A stretch of DNA of 64,000 nt from Squalus acanthias (taxonomy: Eukaryota). The notes under the pieces were generated by a model, which was not told where the DNA came from, did not search any database, and saw only the letters and a program-made list of their open reading frames with translations. Below, piece by piece: positions 44,193 through 57,762 of the stretch; positions within the stretch are counted from its first letter, which is position 1, and each line of letters starts with the position of its first letter. The translations under genes and the position numbers were made by a program. The stretch is from NCBI GenBank assembly GCA_030390025.1, contig CM059432.1, positions 153,884,001 through 153,948,000 of the forward strand, written 5' to 3'.

Positions 44193-47100
44193 TCTGACAA
44201 AGCAGTCCGCTTGATCGGCAGCCCATACATCACTTTAAACAGCAACTCCCTCCACTATCGGCACACCGTAGCTGCAGTGCTTCCTAACCACAGGATGCAT
44301 TGCAGCAACGCGCCACAGTTTCTTCGACAGCACCTCCCAAACGTGGGGTTCTATGATATAGACCCAAGTTGCCCACAAACAAAGCTTGGACACTTCTGCT
44401 GCGAGACGACCATTTAAGTACCTGATAAAATGTCACCATCACAGAGAGGTGATGATGACAGGGAGCAAAAGAAGATGAGCACTTGATATTTTAAGAATGC
44501 TCGGAGTGTGCATTCACACTGCAACTGTAGCATCAGTGTAAACACAGGAGTAGGCCATTCAGCCCCTTGAGCCTGTCCCGCCATTCAATGAGATCATGGC
44601 TGATCTGTACCTTAACTCCATCCAACTGCCTTGGCTCCATATTGTTTTATACCCTTGGCTTGCAAAGATCTATCGATCTCAGATTTAAAATTAATTGAAA
44701 GAGCATCTAGTGCTTTTTGTAAGAGAGAGTTCCACACTTCTACCAACCTTTGCATGAAGAAGTGTTTCCTAACTTCTCTCCTGAATGGCCTGGTTCTGAT
44801 TTTAAAGTTATGTCCTCTTGTCCTAGACTTCACTACATCAGAAAAAGTTTCTCTATCTACCCTAAAGCAGTTCTGCTTTGCACCAACTTAAAAGTTTTGC
44901 AGTGCAATTCCAGAATTAGGGTCCAACTGGACTCTATACTTAGCCTGAAAGCTTAGCAGTGCAAAGCAAAACCACTTTACTTTAACCGTTGTAGTGTAAC
45001 TGCACTATTTTAAGAGCGTTCACTGCTTAATCATAGAATTCTAATGGGGATTCTTACAGCTGGGTACCAAGATAATTTGTACAAGAACCACTAACTCTAT
45101 CCCTTTGACTGATAATCAAATGAATTATAATAATCTACAAGGGATTCTAACCATCTCAATGAGCACAGCATTACTCAAGAGATTCATCAAGTGTTATCCC
45201 TGACAGATAAAGGCCCCAGGCCCACTGTACAAGGATAACATACAAATTGGCAGTTGGTCCCAATGTTGAAGTGAAAACCATGATCATGCTCTACAGTACA
45301 CCAAAGCAGATCGCAGGAAAGACCACAGGGTATGCTGAACCACCCTAAGCCAATCCCACCCGAGAAACAGCACTGGCTGGTATACACAGCTCAAAGAATT
45401 GTACAATTTGGCAATTTTAGGAACATTTAAAAAGAGCAATTATAATTTGGTGGAGTGCCGTACAAAACACTACTCGAATGTCTGCCAAATTGCCTGTAAA
45501 TAAATGATGCAACTTTCCTAAAACCTTGGGAGATGTGGTATCTCCCATCTTCCAGGGCCCTTACCAATTGTTCAGGTTACTTGAAAAATCTTGTCAAATA
45601 TGCTTCCTTTGTAAGATCAGATTGAACTCTAATGTAACTTGTTAGCATTTCAAAATGCTCTCTAGACACAACCCATGTTTGGAAGGGTAAAATCCATAAC
45701 TGTACTGCTAGTTGCATCTCCCTGTTCAAGTGAACATGGTATGAAAATTTCTCACACTCACTGTTTTACAGCAACAATATTGCAACCTATTGTATGTTGT
45801 GAAGGCTTCTCAAACTTTTGTAAACATGCTTGCTGTCAAATTGAGAATACAGGCAGAGCCAACAAATTGGCTGTATTTTCAAATCAGTTTCTGCTGCTGC
45901 CCAACATCTGCTGAATCACTGCTCACTGATGCCAAGTACAGTGCATCTATACACTCGTGCATGCACCACCTTTACCCATCATTAGCTTCTAACTTCTAAA
46001 CTAGCACATTACAGCAATACATTGGTCTATTGTCATTGAGAACATTCGAAGAGTTGGAAACAACCAATACAATATGAAGCATCAGATCCGCAACAGTGTT
46101 GCTAGGCGTATGCCTAACACAGCAATACCGAGGGCGGCGGGTTTTCCTTTCGTTACAAATATCTTTACAAGCTATGTTTCCAAAACACCCTATGCAAGAT
46201 AAAGTACGTGGTTTTGGAAGGCTGCTCTAGTTTCATTATACTGGATCACCACACCGTGTTTCTCAAAATACATAATGAAATGAGCTTGAGAGCACCCAGA
46301 ATCCTTGGTTACTCTGAACTAATTTATCAGTTACAAGGTCCAAAACAATGATTAAATGAGTGAATTGCTAAAACAATTTTCCATCCACAATGTGGGGAAG
46401 CAGCAGCATCTGCCCAACACAGCACAGGCAGAATGTAATCAATTTATTTTTAAAAAGAAAACGTGTTCTTGATCATTGAGAATACACACGGCTAGACTTG
46501 TCTCCCAAAATTCAACTAGCTCAGGGGAATGCAACATAGAGAAGGATATTTATAATACCATTTCATCAAATTTTAAATATCAGCAATAGCCCTTTTTCTC
46601 TCTCCCTCTTTAAATATGCTGTTACACCAACAGTAAAATATCATTTGTAAGCAGCAGGTAAAACACACTATACTGAGAGGAAGTCAGATAAGAACAATTA
46701 AAAAACACACTGGTACGGTGAATACCAACCAACTAAACATTCTCCTTACAATAGTGTGTTGTTGTTAAACTCCATCCATGAAAACAAAATCTTCAGTATG
46801 TCCTAAACCACATCAGAGACAATGAACTACTTTTGAACACCACATACTTAAACATCTCCTTTAAAGTCAAAAAACATTCCAAAGCATTCAGAGGCACAAG
46901 GAAAAAATGGACGTCAAGCCAAAGGACTTATCAGGAGGGATGATCAAAAGCTTGGTCAATGAGATGGGTTTCAAAGAGGATCTTCAAGGAAAAGAGAGAG
47001 GTGCTTAGGGAAGAAATGCAAAAGCATGGGGCATAGGCAGCTGAAGGCACAACAGCCTGGTGAGGTGAAGGGAGGGGAGAGGAGGGGAAAGCACTGAAGG

Positions 47101-50100
47101 TTAGAGATAGAAAGGAACAAGGCACTGAGAGATATGTAGTCACTGTTGCTATGTAGGGAAACATAACAGCCATTTGCACACAGCAAGGTCCCACCAACAG
47201 CAAATGAGATGAATGAACAATTAGTTGATTTTTGGTGCTGTTGACTAGGACACTGGGAGTACTCTCTACTGTTCTTCAAATATCACCATAGGATTTTTTA
47301 CATCTTAATGGCATCTCTAACTAAAGTGTCAGCTTAGATTACATGCTCAAGTCCTGGTCTCAGAGACAAGAGCACTACCACTGAGCCAGGCTGGCACTAT
47401 ATACTTTCGGAGGTGTTACGCTACTGAGCTATGAAATCCCCAAACTCAAAACTCTGTCAATTGACACTCTTGCTCAAGCTTCCCTTTGGGAATATATTTT
47501 GCAAATTGCAAGTGGTGTCCATGTAAAAGAAACACAGCTACAGGGCTCGGCCCAAGTGCACTAACAGAGCGAGTAAGCAGGGTTTCGACAGCACTGATGG
47601 AGATGTCCAGGAGCTGGAGTGTTAGAACCAGCAAGGTGAACTCAACAGAGAGGGGAACAGCTAATCAAAGCAACACAAATCATCTGATCAGACGGACCAA
47701 TTCAAATCAATGAGCCTTAATATGGAATACACATACACAGTATCATGGTATCCACAGTGAAAGCATGCAACACTGACGTGGATTTAAACCTCAGAATATT
47801 TTGAAACTTAAAATAACATGGTCAATAATTGACGAGTTTTGGAGTAATAGGAAAGATGCCAAGAGGAGCCACATGATTGAAATCTATAAGGTTTAGCAAC
47901 CTAGGGCGTGAATAGGTGATCATGGTTAGGGCAAGTCAGTTGTCATGGCATGACAGCCAGAAGAAATCCATGCTTTAATTCAGACAAACAGTGCCAGTGA
48001 GCTAAAGGCTTGCCGATGGCAAAACCAGCTGTTACATGTTACGGTCAGGCAACTGATAAAACATGCTGCTGGTCAAGACTGAAGTGCTGGCAAGAGGAGA
48101 ATCTGACAGGAACTAACCTGCACATCATGTAACTACCCACCTTTTACTCTTGCCCCTGCCCTGCTAATTCTGCCAATTTTTGCCATGGCAGACCACTTCC
48201 CCTAATCATAGGCGCAGGCATGAGCAGGAATAATACATGATAATGGAATAGATAACAGGAAATAAATTAGGCTTTTACTTTAAGGAACTATGTTTTAAAA
48301 AAAAAATTCCCCCTGCAGCTGCCAGGGAAAATTGGAAACGCATTTAAAAATTAATGCCTTTTCCATTGGTGGCTTGTTTCACTCTTTGGTCCTATGAGTC
48401 ACTGAATGGTTAGAAAACATTCACTTTAGGACCTCGCAACTTTTTTCTTTGCGTGAATTCAGTGCTCATCAAGGTGAAGGATGCTTGCACTGGGGAGTGC
48501 AACATTTTCTAGTGTCAGCATCAAGCATTCCATGGCCAGGAATAACACCATTGAATGCAGGGTATTCCCCAAAGATATGCTCTCAACCCCAATCCACTAG
48601 GAACTGGATCTGACCTCTGCCTCAATCTGCATTTCCCTCAGCTCTAGTTTTCTTTCAAGACACTGGCACTTTGAGATACACTTCCAAGGACTTGAGGCTG
48701 TCGGGGAGGTTCTCCGAGCTGCCATTCTTCACGTACACACACACGTACACGCGTGCACACCTCAACAACTGCCTGGCAGAGATCAGAAATCAAACTTCAG
48801 ACCTTCTGGCCTGTATGCCTCACTGGCACACCAGATGGTGCATTTATTCCTTAAGCCGCAAGAAGCGATTTAATATCCTATTTATAGATGAATTAATCAC
48901 ATCTGTCCTGGTTGAAAGCAAGAAAGCCCAGTTTTACATCATATACATGGAAAAGCAAGCCAATTGAGAGAAGATTTGTGTGATTAGCAATTCCTGAGAA
49001 CACATATCCTGAATCAACTACCTTATCCAAATATCCAATGAACAGTTAGGCTTTGGGGCATAAAGGCTTGGGAGAATAAGACACCAAAATAATATGTGAT
49101 TTCATTAAAATCTTTATTCAACATTTTTGCCCCTCCCCAGGAGCTTGGCCTAATACTCTCCCACCACCAGGACAATACAAAGAAATGCTTAAAAAGTGCT
49201 AGAATCTGCTGGGCCGCCGTCTGCAGCAATATGTAATATATTCTAGCTATCAGTCTATACTCGAAGCCATCCCAACAAGCCCAGGGTTTTGTCTGAAAGT
49301 AATCAGCTGCTTGGAGACAAGAACCTATAAAAATAGTACCACCAGCCCCTTAGGTCTCCCAGTGCGTGTACATACAGCCACCAGGATTCTATCCAGAATG
49401 ACAGGGCAGCCTGAGTATGTGGAACAAATCAAATTCTGCTTCGAACAAGGCCCAACAACCATGTCTTCGGTGAGACTGCTTAATAGTTTTAAGCAGCATG
49501 GTCTGTACGAAGTTACCAAAACAGGATCTTGTACTAGAACAAGATACAGCCCTGACTTCATCTAAAATGATCCCAATTCATTTAAAAGACAATAGACTGT
49601 GTCCCACAATAAAACTTTTATGGGTGCATAGATAAAGGTAATAAGGACTTCACCAAAACATAGTTACAAGGATATGAAAATAATTCCCCCAATCTTTTAA
49701 TCCACACTACAGAACCACAAAAATATCATGGAACTAAGAGATTACTCCATGCATAAGAGAAGGCTTCAAACTAATGGGGCTCAGAAAAACCGAAGTTTTC
49801 ACCTGACATCTGTCCTCGGCAACTCATTTTTAGCTTTCACAATGCATTGCAAATATTTTGCAGCAATGTGAGAATAAGTTTTTAACCACAGCAACTAAAT
49901 TAAATTAGTACTTACAGAATTTAACTCAAAACAAATGGCTTAATTATGCGACAAGTAGAATTAAGTTTTCCAACAAGCCTCGCTATTTGAGAATCAGACA
50001 AATAAAATACGATGAAAGGTGCACATCCAAAATGTTAACCTATCTTTCCCTTTACATATGCTGATTGACCTACTGAGCATTTCCAACATTTTCTGTTTTT

Positions 50101-50558
50101 ATTTCAATACATAGTGGTTCATGTAGCTTTACACCATTCACAGGCAATGCCCGCAAGTGGCATCATTAATCAAGAAGGTTGACGGAGTGCTGCACTGTCA
50201 GAGGTGCCGTCTTTCAGGTGAGACGTTAAACCGAAGCTCTGTCTACCCTCTCAGGTGGACGTAAAAGATCCCATGGCACTATTTCAAAGAAGAGCAAGGG
50301 AGTGCTAGCCAATATTTATCCCTCAACTAACATCTCCAAGACAGATTATCTGGTCATTATTTCATTGCTGTTGGTGGGAGCTTACTGTCCACAAATTAAC
50401 TGCCACTTTCCTACAGTACAACAGAGACTACACTTCAACAGTACTTCATTGGCTGTAAAGAGCGTTGGGACATCCTGAGGTCATGAAAGGCACTATATAA
50501 ATCGGAGTGCCAACGTAACAGAAGTCACTTGACCAATAGACTAGACAGGGGTGGCAGG

Positions 50559-50683
50559 TACTGTTCCCTGTAAGGTGTGCACTGCTCCAGAGAACCCGCG
50601 CAGCCGGCATTTCAATGTAAAAACCGCGCATGCGTGGTATTTTGAATGGCCCACAGGGCCAAAAAAAATTACAGGGTACATAG
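50559..50683. mobile_element. hAT-type MITE, 125 bp
   Basis: TIR-like TACTGTTCCCTGTAA / TTACAGGGTACATAG; 8-bp TSD GTGGCAGG / GTGGCAAG. Confidence 0.65.
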
Positions 50684-51179
50684 GTGGCAAGTACCTTTCC
50701 CTGTAGGATATATTAATTAACCAGTTGGGTTTTTATAAGAAAATGGCACCTTTCATGGTCATTTTTTCCGGTGCTACAAATGATCAGATTTTATTGTATT
50801 CAATTTCATAGCTTGCAATGGATTTAGTGTTAAAACCTCAGGGTTTCTAGTATCACAAGCGCTACTCTACGACTACGGTGTTGGGATACATCTAATGCAA
50901 TATCAGGGATAGAGAACATAACATAGTAGACAGCGCAAAACTTTCTCTTACTGATATATTGCCTATTGGCAGCTGACAGAGAGCTTCAGCAGAGGAACCG
51001 TCTATGTGCAAGGAAGTCAACAATGCAGGTCAAATTATTTGTAAACACAATTTTGATGCAATAAGTTTTAACCATTTAGATTGAGAAACCTGACCCAAGT
51101 ACCACAGAACTCTCACTTTTCCTTCTCACCTGCCAAAACACCAAGAAACCCTCAAATAAATGTTAACATTTAAGTAACA

Positions 51180-51810
51180 GCTTGACTCAGTTGGTATCAC
51201 TCTTCCTTCCAAGTCAGAGGTTCGTGCTCCACTCCAGGACTCATTCTCGGGATGTGGGAGTCGCGGGCTAGGCCGGCATTTAATGCACATCCCTAGTTGT
51301 TCTGAGAAGGCAGTTGTGGGCCTTCCCTTTGAACCGCTGTAGTCCTCTGTAGTGGCTTTTTAAAAACTGAATGTAAATCCTCAAACTGCCACGGTGGGAC
51401 TTGAACTTGCGCGTTCTGAATTATTAGTCCAAGCCTCTGGATTACTAGTCCAGTAACATAACCACTACACTACCGTACCTTAAACATATAATCTAGACTA
51501 AGGAAGTGCGGCATTCCTTTTCGGATCAAACATTGAACAGAAACCCCATATGCCCTCTCAGATGGACGTAACCGATCCATGGCACTATTCAAAGAGGAGC
51601 TGGGGAGTTTTCTTGGTGCCCTGGTCAACATTTATCCCTCAACCAACATCACTAAAACTGATTATCTGGTCATTGATTTCATTGTTGTTTGTGGGATTGG
51701 GCTGTTAATAAACTAGCTGCCATGTTTGTCTATGTAGCTGCACTTCAAAAGTGAAGCACTTTGGAAAGTCCCGAGGAAGTAAAAGGTGCTATATAAATGC
51801 ATGTCCGTCC
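51180..51810 (+). mobile_element. DeuSINE-like SINE interrupted by an opposite-strand SINE (about 51243-51480)
   Basis: Head at 51180-51240 and body at 51485-51810; the insert is the reverse complement of the family seen at 26295-26660 and 31675-31995. Confidence 0.7.
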
Positions 51811-52038
51811 TTTCTTCATGTTCTTAAAGGCCACGCCCCATCCCTGAAAAAATGCTGCACTTTTAAAAAAGCAAACTGTTCTAGTATCTTCAAAAAAACA
51901 AAATGCATTCACATGCAGCAATGCACAAATAAAATTCAGTAAGCAAGAAACGTCAAAAACTAATCAATTTTTCACCACTTCCTGTCCTGACTCAGATTTG
52001 CAACTGAAAGTTCCACAATGTTTTACAGCAACTCTCAC

Positions 52039-52680
52039 CTGCTCACATCTTCATGCTCCTCCTTGGTCAGCACTGGGGGCAGAGGTAGTGATGGTAGCGT
52101 TGATGTTAGTAGTGCTGGATTCTTCTCTTTCTCCTTTGCAGCTTCACTTGGCACAGTTTGCTTGTGTTTTTCTTTTGGCGTGGTTGACTCCACTTTCACT
52201 GTTGGGGTTTTGGGAACTTTTGCCCCAAAGTTTGTCTGCGTCACTTCCTTTTTGTCCGTGGTCAAGTCATGGTCTATTTTTGCCTCCTGAGTAATCGTCT
52301 TGGCTTTAGGTTTCTCGTTTTTAACTGCTACCTGGATTCCAGTGTCTGATGGGGAAACTGTTGCGCGCTCAGACTTGAGCTTATTCACCTCCTTTGTATC
52401 CTTTGTTTGAGATGCATGGGCTGCTGTCGTTGAACTGGCATTGCCACACGCCTTGGCAGTAGTTACATTAAGTGCATTAGAGGTTTTCGCATTATTTTTA
52501 GCGGCCTCAACAGCTCTTGCTTTTTTGTGCTTACTCAACTCAGCAGCAAGACTAGTCTTATAAGTTAAACTGCTTGGTGAAATGCTTGACTGCCGACTGC
52601 GAGACCTTGACACACGGTGCTTGCTGCGAGATCTTGAGCGTCTAGAGTAATATGGGCTTCTACTCCGTGACTTAGGCCTC
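52039..52680 (-). CDS. CDK13: CDK13 exon 2 (642 nt)
   Basis: Acceptor TTTCAG, RPKSRSRSPY...SLAAELSKHKKAR...LPSLPLPP, donor AG|GTGAGA. Confidence 0.95.
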
Positions 52681-53667
52681 CTGAAATTGCAAATCACGCA
52701 ATCAATAAAAGGCCCAACTAATTAGACTAAAAGCACAAATCATTTAATCTAAATGCAAATAAAGTCTGAATCATTTTAAAGTAAATACATCGACTCCTGA
52801 TAATGCAAAGTAATTTCTTGCAGTGAGAAATGTGAATTATCAAATATTGGAATTGAGCATCATAAATACAGCAAAATGAATGTTAAAAAAAGTTAATATG
52901 AAGTAAGCAATTTTGAATTATACGTAGACTACAGTTTTCAATATACATAAACAACTAAAAGTCGCACTATTTATCTTCAGCAGGGGTGTCCAAACTGCAG
53001 GCTTGTTGGTTGGTTTGTCCTGTTTGAGTAATGCAGCTCCTGAAAACCAGAAGCCTGGACATTCCTGTTCTAACATATAACAAGGGAGATAATGAATGTG
53101 CCCTCCATAATATGTGCTCTTAGCTTAATCACTTGTCAGTTATATGTTGATTTGTACATTTTTCACAGAATTTTGACATTTTGGTCAAATTTCACTGGTT
53201 ATGCACAAACGTCAAAATATAATAAATTAAAGTTAGACAAGGTACATACAGTCTGTATGGTCTTAACACCATACATGTTTAATTTGAGCAATATTGAGAG
53301 CTGAAAAGATAACACACAGAATGATGCTTAAAAGAACCTGATCAGTCGGTGTGCGCAACAGGTTTTCAACACCAATAGAGCAAGGGTATCCGAACTACAG
53401 CCAGTAGGTCACTCTCGAACCCTGGCAATCCAGCTCTCGAAACCCAGGTCCTATTAGGTTCTTGTATTTCTTGCTCGCTATTTAGTCCTGTTCAAATTTT
53501 GTGGGCCAGGAAGTTAGTAAAGAACCCTTTTCAAAGCACTGTTGCCCTGTAACTCCCAAATCAGAACACCAATACACGTCTGTATCAGCAACTTAAGATT
53601 TCTGCAAATTAATTAGCATTCAAATACTATAAGTGGCCTCCAAGGCTCCATTGTACCCAGGAAGAGG

Positions 53668-54345
53668 ATCAGAGGGACCTTGGTGTGCATGTACATAGAT
53701 CCCTGAAGGCAGCAGGACAGGTAGATAAGGTGGTTAAAAAGGCATATGGGATACTTGCCTTCATTAGCCGAGGCATAGAATTTAAGAGCAGGGAGGTTAT
53801 GATGGAGCTGTACAAAACAGCTGGAATACTGTGTGCAGTTTTGGTCGCCACACTATAGGAAGGATGTGATTGCATTGGAGAGGGTGCAGAGGAGATTCAC
53901 CAGGATGTTACCTGGGCTGGAGCGCTTCAGCTATGAAGAGAGACTGGACAGGCTGGGGTTGTTTTCCTTAGAGCAGAGAAGGCTGAGGGGGGGACCTGAT
54001 TGAGGTGTACAAAATTATGAGGGGCGTAGATAGAAAGGAACTTTTCCCCTTAGTAGAGGGGTCAATAACCAGGGGGCATAGTTTCAAGGTAAGGGGCAGG
54101 AGGTTTAGAGGGGATTTGAGGAGAAACTTTTTCACCCAGAGGGTGGTTGGAATCTGGAACTCACTGCCTGAAAGGGTGGTAGAGGCAGGAACCCTCACAA
54201 CATTCAAGAAGCATTTAGATGAGCACTTGAAACACCATAGCATACAAGGCTACAGACCAAGTGCTGGAAAATGGTATTAGAATTGATGGCCGGCACGGAC
54301 ACGATGGGCCGAAGGGCCTCTTTCTGTGCTGTATAACTCTATGAC
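53668..54345 (+). mobile_element. CR1 3' fragment in intron 1
   Basis: YKIMRGVDRKELFP...NFFTQRVVGIWNSLP and the 3' UTR. Confidence 0.9.
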
Positions 54346-55199
54346 TCTAAGACAAAGAGCTTGGACACCACTGCCACAGACCACATACAAATCATAAGTT
54401 AACTTTTGCGAACAGTACAAGCAACCTGCAGTGTTTGATAATTTAAAGTAACAGCGGCTGACAATCTCAAAACCTGACAACTGCAACCAGCTATTGAAAT
54501 CTACCGAATAACATGAGGAATACCTAAACAACAGAGTAATCATGTACAGACTCACTTAATTAGATGGGCACATTGTCATAAAGACTTCCAGTGACTGAAG
54601 TACTAAGCTTCTAATTATATCTATTTTTTTAATTGATACATTAATTTTACAAAAATCTGTCATAAAAACATGTGGTCAGCTATAGTTAGTTTAACAAACA
54701 AGAATTCAATAATATATAATGCAGTGATTTTAGTTCCCCAACTATTTTGACATTAAGGCAGGTAAACCACCTGATTACATGAGCAACCAAAAGGTCACCA
54801 GTGTTGAAATATTATCACAGTACTTAAGTGCTACTACACCCGTTATAAATAGAGAATTTTTTGCTGCCAGCAGCAAGAACTGATACAGAATTAAAGCACA
54901 TCGTCAAGAACCACTGAATCCTCAAACTAGCAAAATTAGATAACAATTTAACTACAAGAGGTTAGTGCATATAAAGAACAGGTATACCTTTCAAGAGCTC
55001 CATGACATTTTTACATATAATCAGCACAGCAATTATTTTTGTAAAACCCAAATTAACACTGAACAACCTTCCTCTTTGAACATTACAACAACATGAAACC
55101 CGATTTATTTTGTTTCAAACTTATAAAAACTCAATTATATAAAACATACACACAATACACAATATACTGAACATAGTATTTTATACAAACTTAGTGACC

Positions 55200-55560
55200 T
55201 ATCTGATGGTTATATTATTTGATACAGTATATTAGATTTTCTACTCAACATCTGCAATGTAACATATGTCAGAAATATTTGACAAGTTAGGAATTACATT
55301 TGATAGACATTAAGTGTACTATAGTACAGTACTACAGTATAGTATGTACAGTATAATTCAGATTTTATGGCATATTTGATGTATGGATACATTATATTTC
55401 AGACCATAGTATATTGAGATATTATATTTGACACTTTATAGTTGTATGAATGCATTATTTGACACCATATTTCACGTATGAATACAAATATTTCAGATTT
55501 TATAGTATATTTGTTGTATGGATACATTATATTTCAGACTAACTTTAGATATTATATATG
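55200..55560. repeat. Degenerate AT-rich tandem repeat at the start of intron 1
   Basis: Recurrent (A)TTATTTGA(C/T)A motifs; near-duplicate TTCAGATTTTAT...GTATGGATACATTATATTTCAGAC at about 55357-55404 and 55492-55539. Confidence 0.6.
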
Positions 55561-55654
55561 CAGAGCTACATTATGCAGTTATAATTCTGATACACTTCCC
55601 CAGCTGGGTGCAAAGACTTGCTGCCCGATACACGCAGACTGACAGCGGCCGTAC

Positions 55655-56646
55655 CTGAGCTCGGGGCTCCGGCTGTAGGGGCTGGACGAGCGGCGCCGGC
55701 TGCTGCTGGAGTAGGGATTGGGGGACAGGCCGCCATAGTCGTAGGGGCTGAGGTGCCGGGAGAAGCTGGGCGAGCGGCGGCGGGGAGCCGAGTAAGGGCT
55801 GGGGGAGCGGCCCGTGTAGCCGGGGTGCGAGCCCGGCTCCCGCGAGCTGTACAGCGGCTTGAAAGCGAAGAGCGGCGGCGGCGGCGGGCTGCGGCCGTAC
55901 AGGTCGAAGGCGGCGGCAGGCCTGGCGGGGCTGTGGCCGGGACCCGAGGCGGCTCCGTAAGCCTGCGGGTAGCAGGAGACGGCCGTCCCGTACGGACTCG
56001 GCTCCCGGTAAGGCGGGCTGCGGGGCGAGGCCGAGGTGCGGTAGGCCCGCGGCGGCGCCTCCCACTCGGGCTCCCGGTAGGCCCGCGGCGGAGGCTCCCT
56101 GTAAGCCGCGGGCGTCTCTTTGTCAGTGCGGTGCGAGCCGCGGCCTCCTCGGGCCTCCTTGTCGCCCTGGACCGGCTGCTCGCCGCCCGCCGCCGCTGCT
56201 TTGTTCCGGCTCCGGCTCTTGCTCTTGGCCTTGCCGTCGGCCCGGGACCGGGAGCTCTCCTTGGCCCTGTCCCGTCTCCGCCTCTCCTTGTCCCGCCAGC
56301 GGTCCGGCCGGCGCCCGGCGGAAGAAGCGGGGCTGCGGACCAGGCTCTCCGACTGCGAGCTCACGTCGTCGTACTCCACCAGGCCCCGGAGTGCGAGCGG
56401 GATGGCGGACGGGCCCGAAGCCGCGGTGGTGGTGGCGGCGGCCGCCGGGTGTTTGCCGTCCCGCCGCCGGGCCCGGCTGTCGGCCGTGCGCCTCCGGCGG
56501 CGTTTCCTGCGCCGCGAGGTGGATGAAGAAGTGGCCGTGGCGCAGCGGCCTTTATCCCGGGCCTGCGCCGGCCCGCTCTCACTCTGGCGTCTCCTCCCGC
56601 TGGGGCTGCGACCCCGGCTCCCGCCGCGCGTATCCGAGCTCGGCAT
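55655..56646 (-). CDS. CDK13: CDK13 coding exon 1 (992 nt, RS/P-rich N-terminus)
   Basis: MPSSDT...LVEYDDVSSQSE...SPYSRSPEL; donor AG|GTACGG at 55655/55654, phase 2. Confidence 0.9.
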
Positions 56647-56720
56647 TGACTTCCGCGACTACCCGGCGCCTCTCACTCCATCCGCTCGGGGCCGCCGCAC
56701 ACCCCACTGTGAGGCCCGGG

Positions 56721-57034
56721 GGGGAGCTGGGGCTGGGGCTGGGCCTGTGTCCGGGGGCTGGAGCTGGGCCTGTGTCCGGGGGCTGGAGCTGGGCCTGTGT
56801 CCGGGGGCTGGAGCTGGGCCTGTGTCCGGGGGCTGGAGCTGGGCCTGTGTCCGGGGGCTGGGGCTGGGGCTGGGCCTGTGTCCGGGGGCTGGGGCTGGGC
56901 CTGTGTCCGGGAGCTGGGGCTGGGCCTGTGTCCGGGGGCTGGAGCTGGGCCTGTGTCCGGGGGCTGGAGCTGGGCCTGTGTCCGGGGGCTGGAGCTGGGC
57001 CTGTGTCCGGGGGCTGGGGCTGGGCCTGTGTCCG
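56721..57034. repeat. GC-rich minisatellite, 25-bp unit CTGTGTCCGGGGGCTGG(A/G)GCTGGGC, about 12 copies
   Basis: Twelve occurrences of CTGTGTCCG between 56745 and 57034 at 25-bp spacing, with one unit lengthened by an extra GGGGCT. Confidence 0.97.
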
Positions 57035-57133
57035 CTCCGCTCGGGGCTCAGCGCTCGCTCTCTCTCCTCACACAGCGCCGGCACATCCGGGCTCCGCGGC
57101 GCGCGCAACGCTCTCCGCTTCTGCGCCGACTCA

Positions 57134-57146
57134 CAAAATGGCCGCC
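57134..57146 (-). promoter_or_regulatory. YY1-type motif (GGCGGCCATTTTG in gene sense) near the probable TSS
   Basis: CAAAATGGCCGCC on the + strand; this motif is common just downstream of TSSs of CpG-island housekeeping genes. Confidence 0.55.
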
Positions 57147-57283
57147 GCCCCGAGATACCGCGGCTGACCTCAGCCGTTTGTTTCCGGGGCACCGCTCGCT
57201 CTCTCTGTCCCGGCCTGTGGGGAGTGAGTCTGGCTGCAGGGCCTGCTCCTCTTTGGCAGCTCAAATCCCACTTTATTGAGTTG

Positions 57284-57566
57284 CAGTAATGCCAACCCCA
57301 CCGTCGCCTAAATCATTAGACAAACTCTTATGAGATTTGGTAAGAAATCATGAGTTTTTTGGTTTATAAATCTCATTAGTGGCTTTATTTAACCTCTTAA
57401 CAGGTCACAGCTCTTTACAAAAACTACATGACTGCATCTGAAAATGCTTTACAAAGCACTTTTTCCAAACATCCTACCGTTATCACCACCACCCTTCGCA
57501 AGTTGGAGTAAATTTTCATTAAAAATCACGTGTCTCACAATTAATTTGCAAGTGTTGGCATTACCC
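57284..57566. mobile_element. Putative TIR element (CAGTAATGCCAAC ... GTTGGCATTAC) directly upstream of the CpG island
   Basis: 11-bp inverted repeat at 57286-57296 / 57554-57564; its right end is homologous to 59914-59973. Confidence 0.5.
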
Positions 57567-57762
57567 AATGGACAGTGCCACCATGTCCACTGCACTGGGG
57601 TAAGGAAATGTCACCAAATTGTTTTGGCACAAGTCCATGGCCAATGAACCCCAGGCAACGGGTTCCTAATCTCACGCATAGGGCAAGTACTGGAGAGAGA
57701 GAGCGGATAGACCACCCCTCCACAGCCAAACCTGGGCTGTGAGAGGGTAGTTCTAGTTCACT

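Larger units (their letters stand above)
55620..57250. promoter_or_regulatory. CpG island covering the CDK13 promoter, 5' leader and exon 1
   Basis: Sharp shift to very high GC and abundant CpG relative to AT-rich flanks. Confidence 0.9.

Noticed and set aside
52981-53067. Tiny hAT-like element CAGGGGTGTCCAA...CTGGACATTCCTG
   Set aside because: TIR-like ends, but no 8-bp TSD could be identified.
56721-57034. Regularly spaced repeats resembling a CRISPR array
   Set aside because: Head-to-tail units with no unique spacers, in a eukaryotic gene; this is a minisatellite.
55618-57289. Long + strand ORFs (302, 389 and 258 aa) and the 201-aa minus ORF across exon 1 and the minisatellite
   Set aside because: Stop-poor by-products of extreme GC content and a 25-bp repeat; mostly non-ATG starts and no recognisable domain.
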